From: an uncultured candidate division Zixibacteria bacterium | GTDB taxonomy: Bacteria; Zixibacteria; MSB-5A5; GN15; PGXB01 | DNA: 64,000 nucleotides | Assembly: GCA_963702205.1 (NCBI GenBank) | Contig: OY969724.1 | Location: 2,816,001 to 2,880,000, forward strand | Direction of reading: 5' to 3' | Shown: piece by piece, positions 60,598 through 64,000 of the stretch | How the letters are laid out: each line of letters begins with the position of its first letter | Position numbering within the stretch: the stretch's first letter is position 1 | Position numbers and translations under genes: made by a program | Notes under the pieces: generated by a model | Told to the model about the DNA's origin: nothing | The model's input: only the letters and a program-made list of their open reading frames with translations | Databases searched by the model: none

Positions 60598-60712
60598 CCT
60601 TTAAGCCCGCATAAAGCATCATTCTTTAATAATTACACTTTCTCATGCTAAGCGAAGAATGCGTATATTTGGAATAATTGTCAATCACTTAATGGATTGG
60701 CAATAAAATAAT

Positions 60713-60740
60713 AAACCCCAATCGTTAGATTGGGGCTTTT
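60713..60740 (-). terminator. rRNA operon terminator
   Basis: CCCCAATC-GTTA-GATTGGGG hairpin directly after the 5S 3' end. Confidence 0.75.
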
Positions 60741-60747
60741 GGATTTA

Positions 60748-60865
60748 ACCCGGCAGCTATCTACTCTCCCACTCAGTCTCCCGAGCAGTACCATCGACGT
60801 AAGAGGGCTTAACTGCTGTGTTCGGTATGGGAACAGGTGTTTCCCCTCCACCATCGCCACCGGAA
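60748..60865 (-). rRNA. rrf: 5S rRNA
   Basis: Reverse complement contains CACCTGTTCCCATACCGAACACAGCAGTTAAG, GATGGTACT and GGGAGAGTAG. Confidence 0.95.
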
Positions 60866-60964
60866 TTTTAAATTTGTGACATTCATAACTGTGACGTGTG
60901 GTCATCCCTCAACAGGTAGCACAGGTTCGTGGCACCTTTTGATAGTTTGATAAAGAAATTTAAT

Positions 60965-63983
<3,019 letters not shown>

Positions 63984-64000
63984 AATATTTCTTCAAATTA

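Overview
Bacterial chromosome segment dominated by housekeeping and anaerobic central-metabolism genes, mostly on the minus strand. In order: a large secreted Ig-repeat protein running off the left edge; folD-ymdB-rny-zapA-zapB-pheTS-rplT-rpmI-infC-thrS-tRNA-Val; a divergent hydroxyacyl-CoA dehydrogenase-ackA-nfnAB operon; a roughly 14 kb tightly packed operon (ALDH, ArcE-like, arcC, cca, sucCD, korDABC, ndk, LarA-like, mdh, icd); frr-pyrH-tsf-rpsB-rpsI-rplM; an accessory region with signalling proteins, peptidases, transporters, msrBA, two apparently identical IS256 copies, REP-like palindromes and a radical SAM gene; then the 5S and 23S rRNA genes. Main observations: (1) three conserved genes (infC, rplM, ArcE-like) each carry a single +1 insertion inside a pair of closely spaced GTAC sites, most likely sequencing errors that betray GTAC modification; (2) an apparent arginine-to-succinate energy-conserving superoperon with a Rex/CRP-like operator, whose IDH is strongly basic and whose SucD has a histone H1-like tail; (3) a candidate split histidine kinase; (4) a family of GTAG-type REP hairpins with covarying stems. 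All calls come from reading the sequence and recalling family motifs; no database searches were run, and taxonomy is not established.
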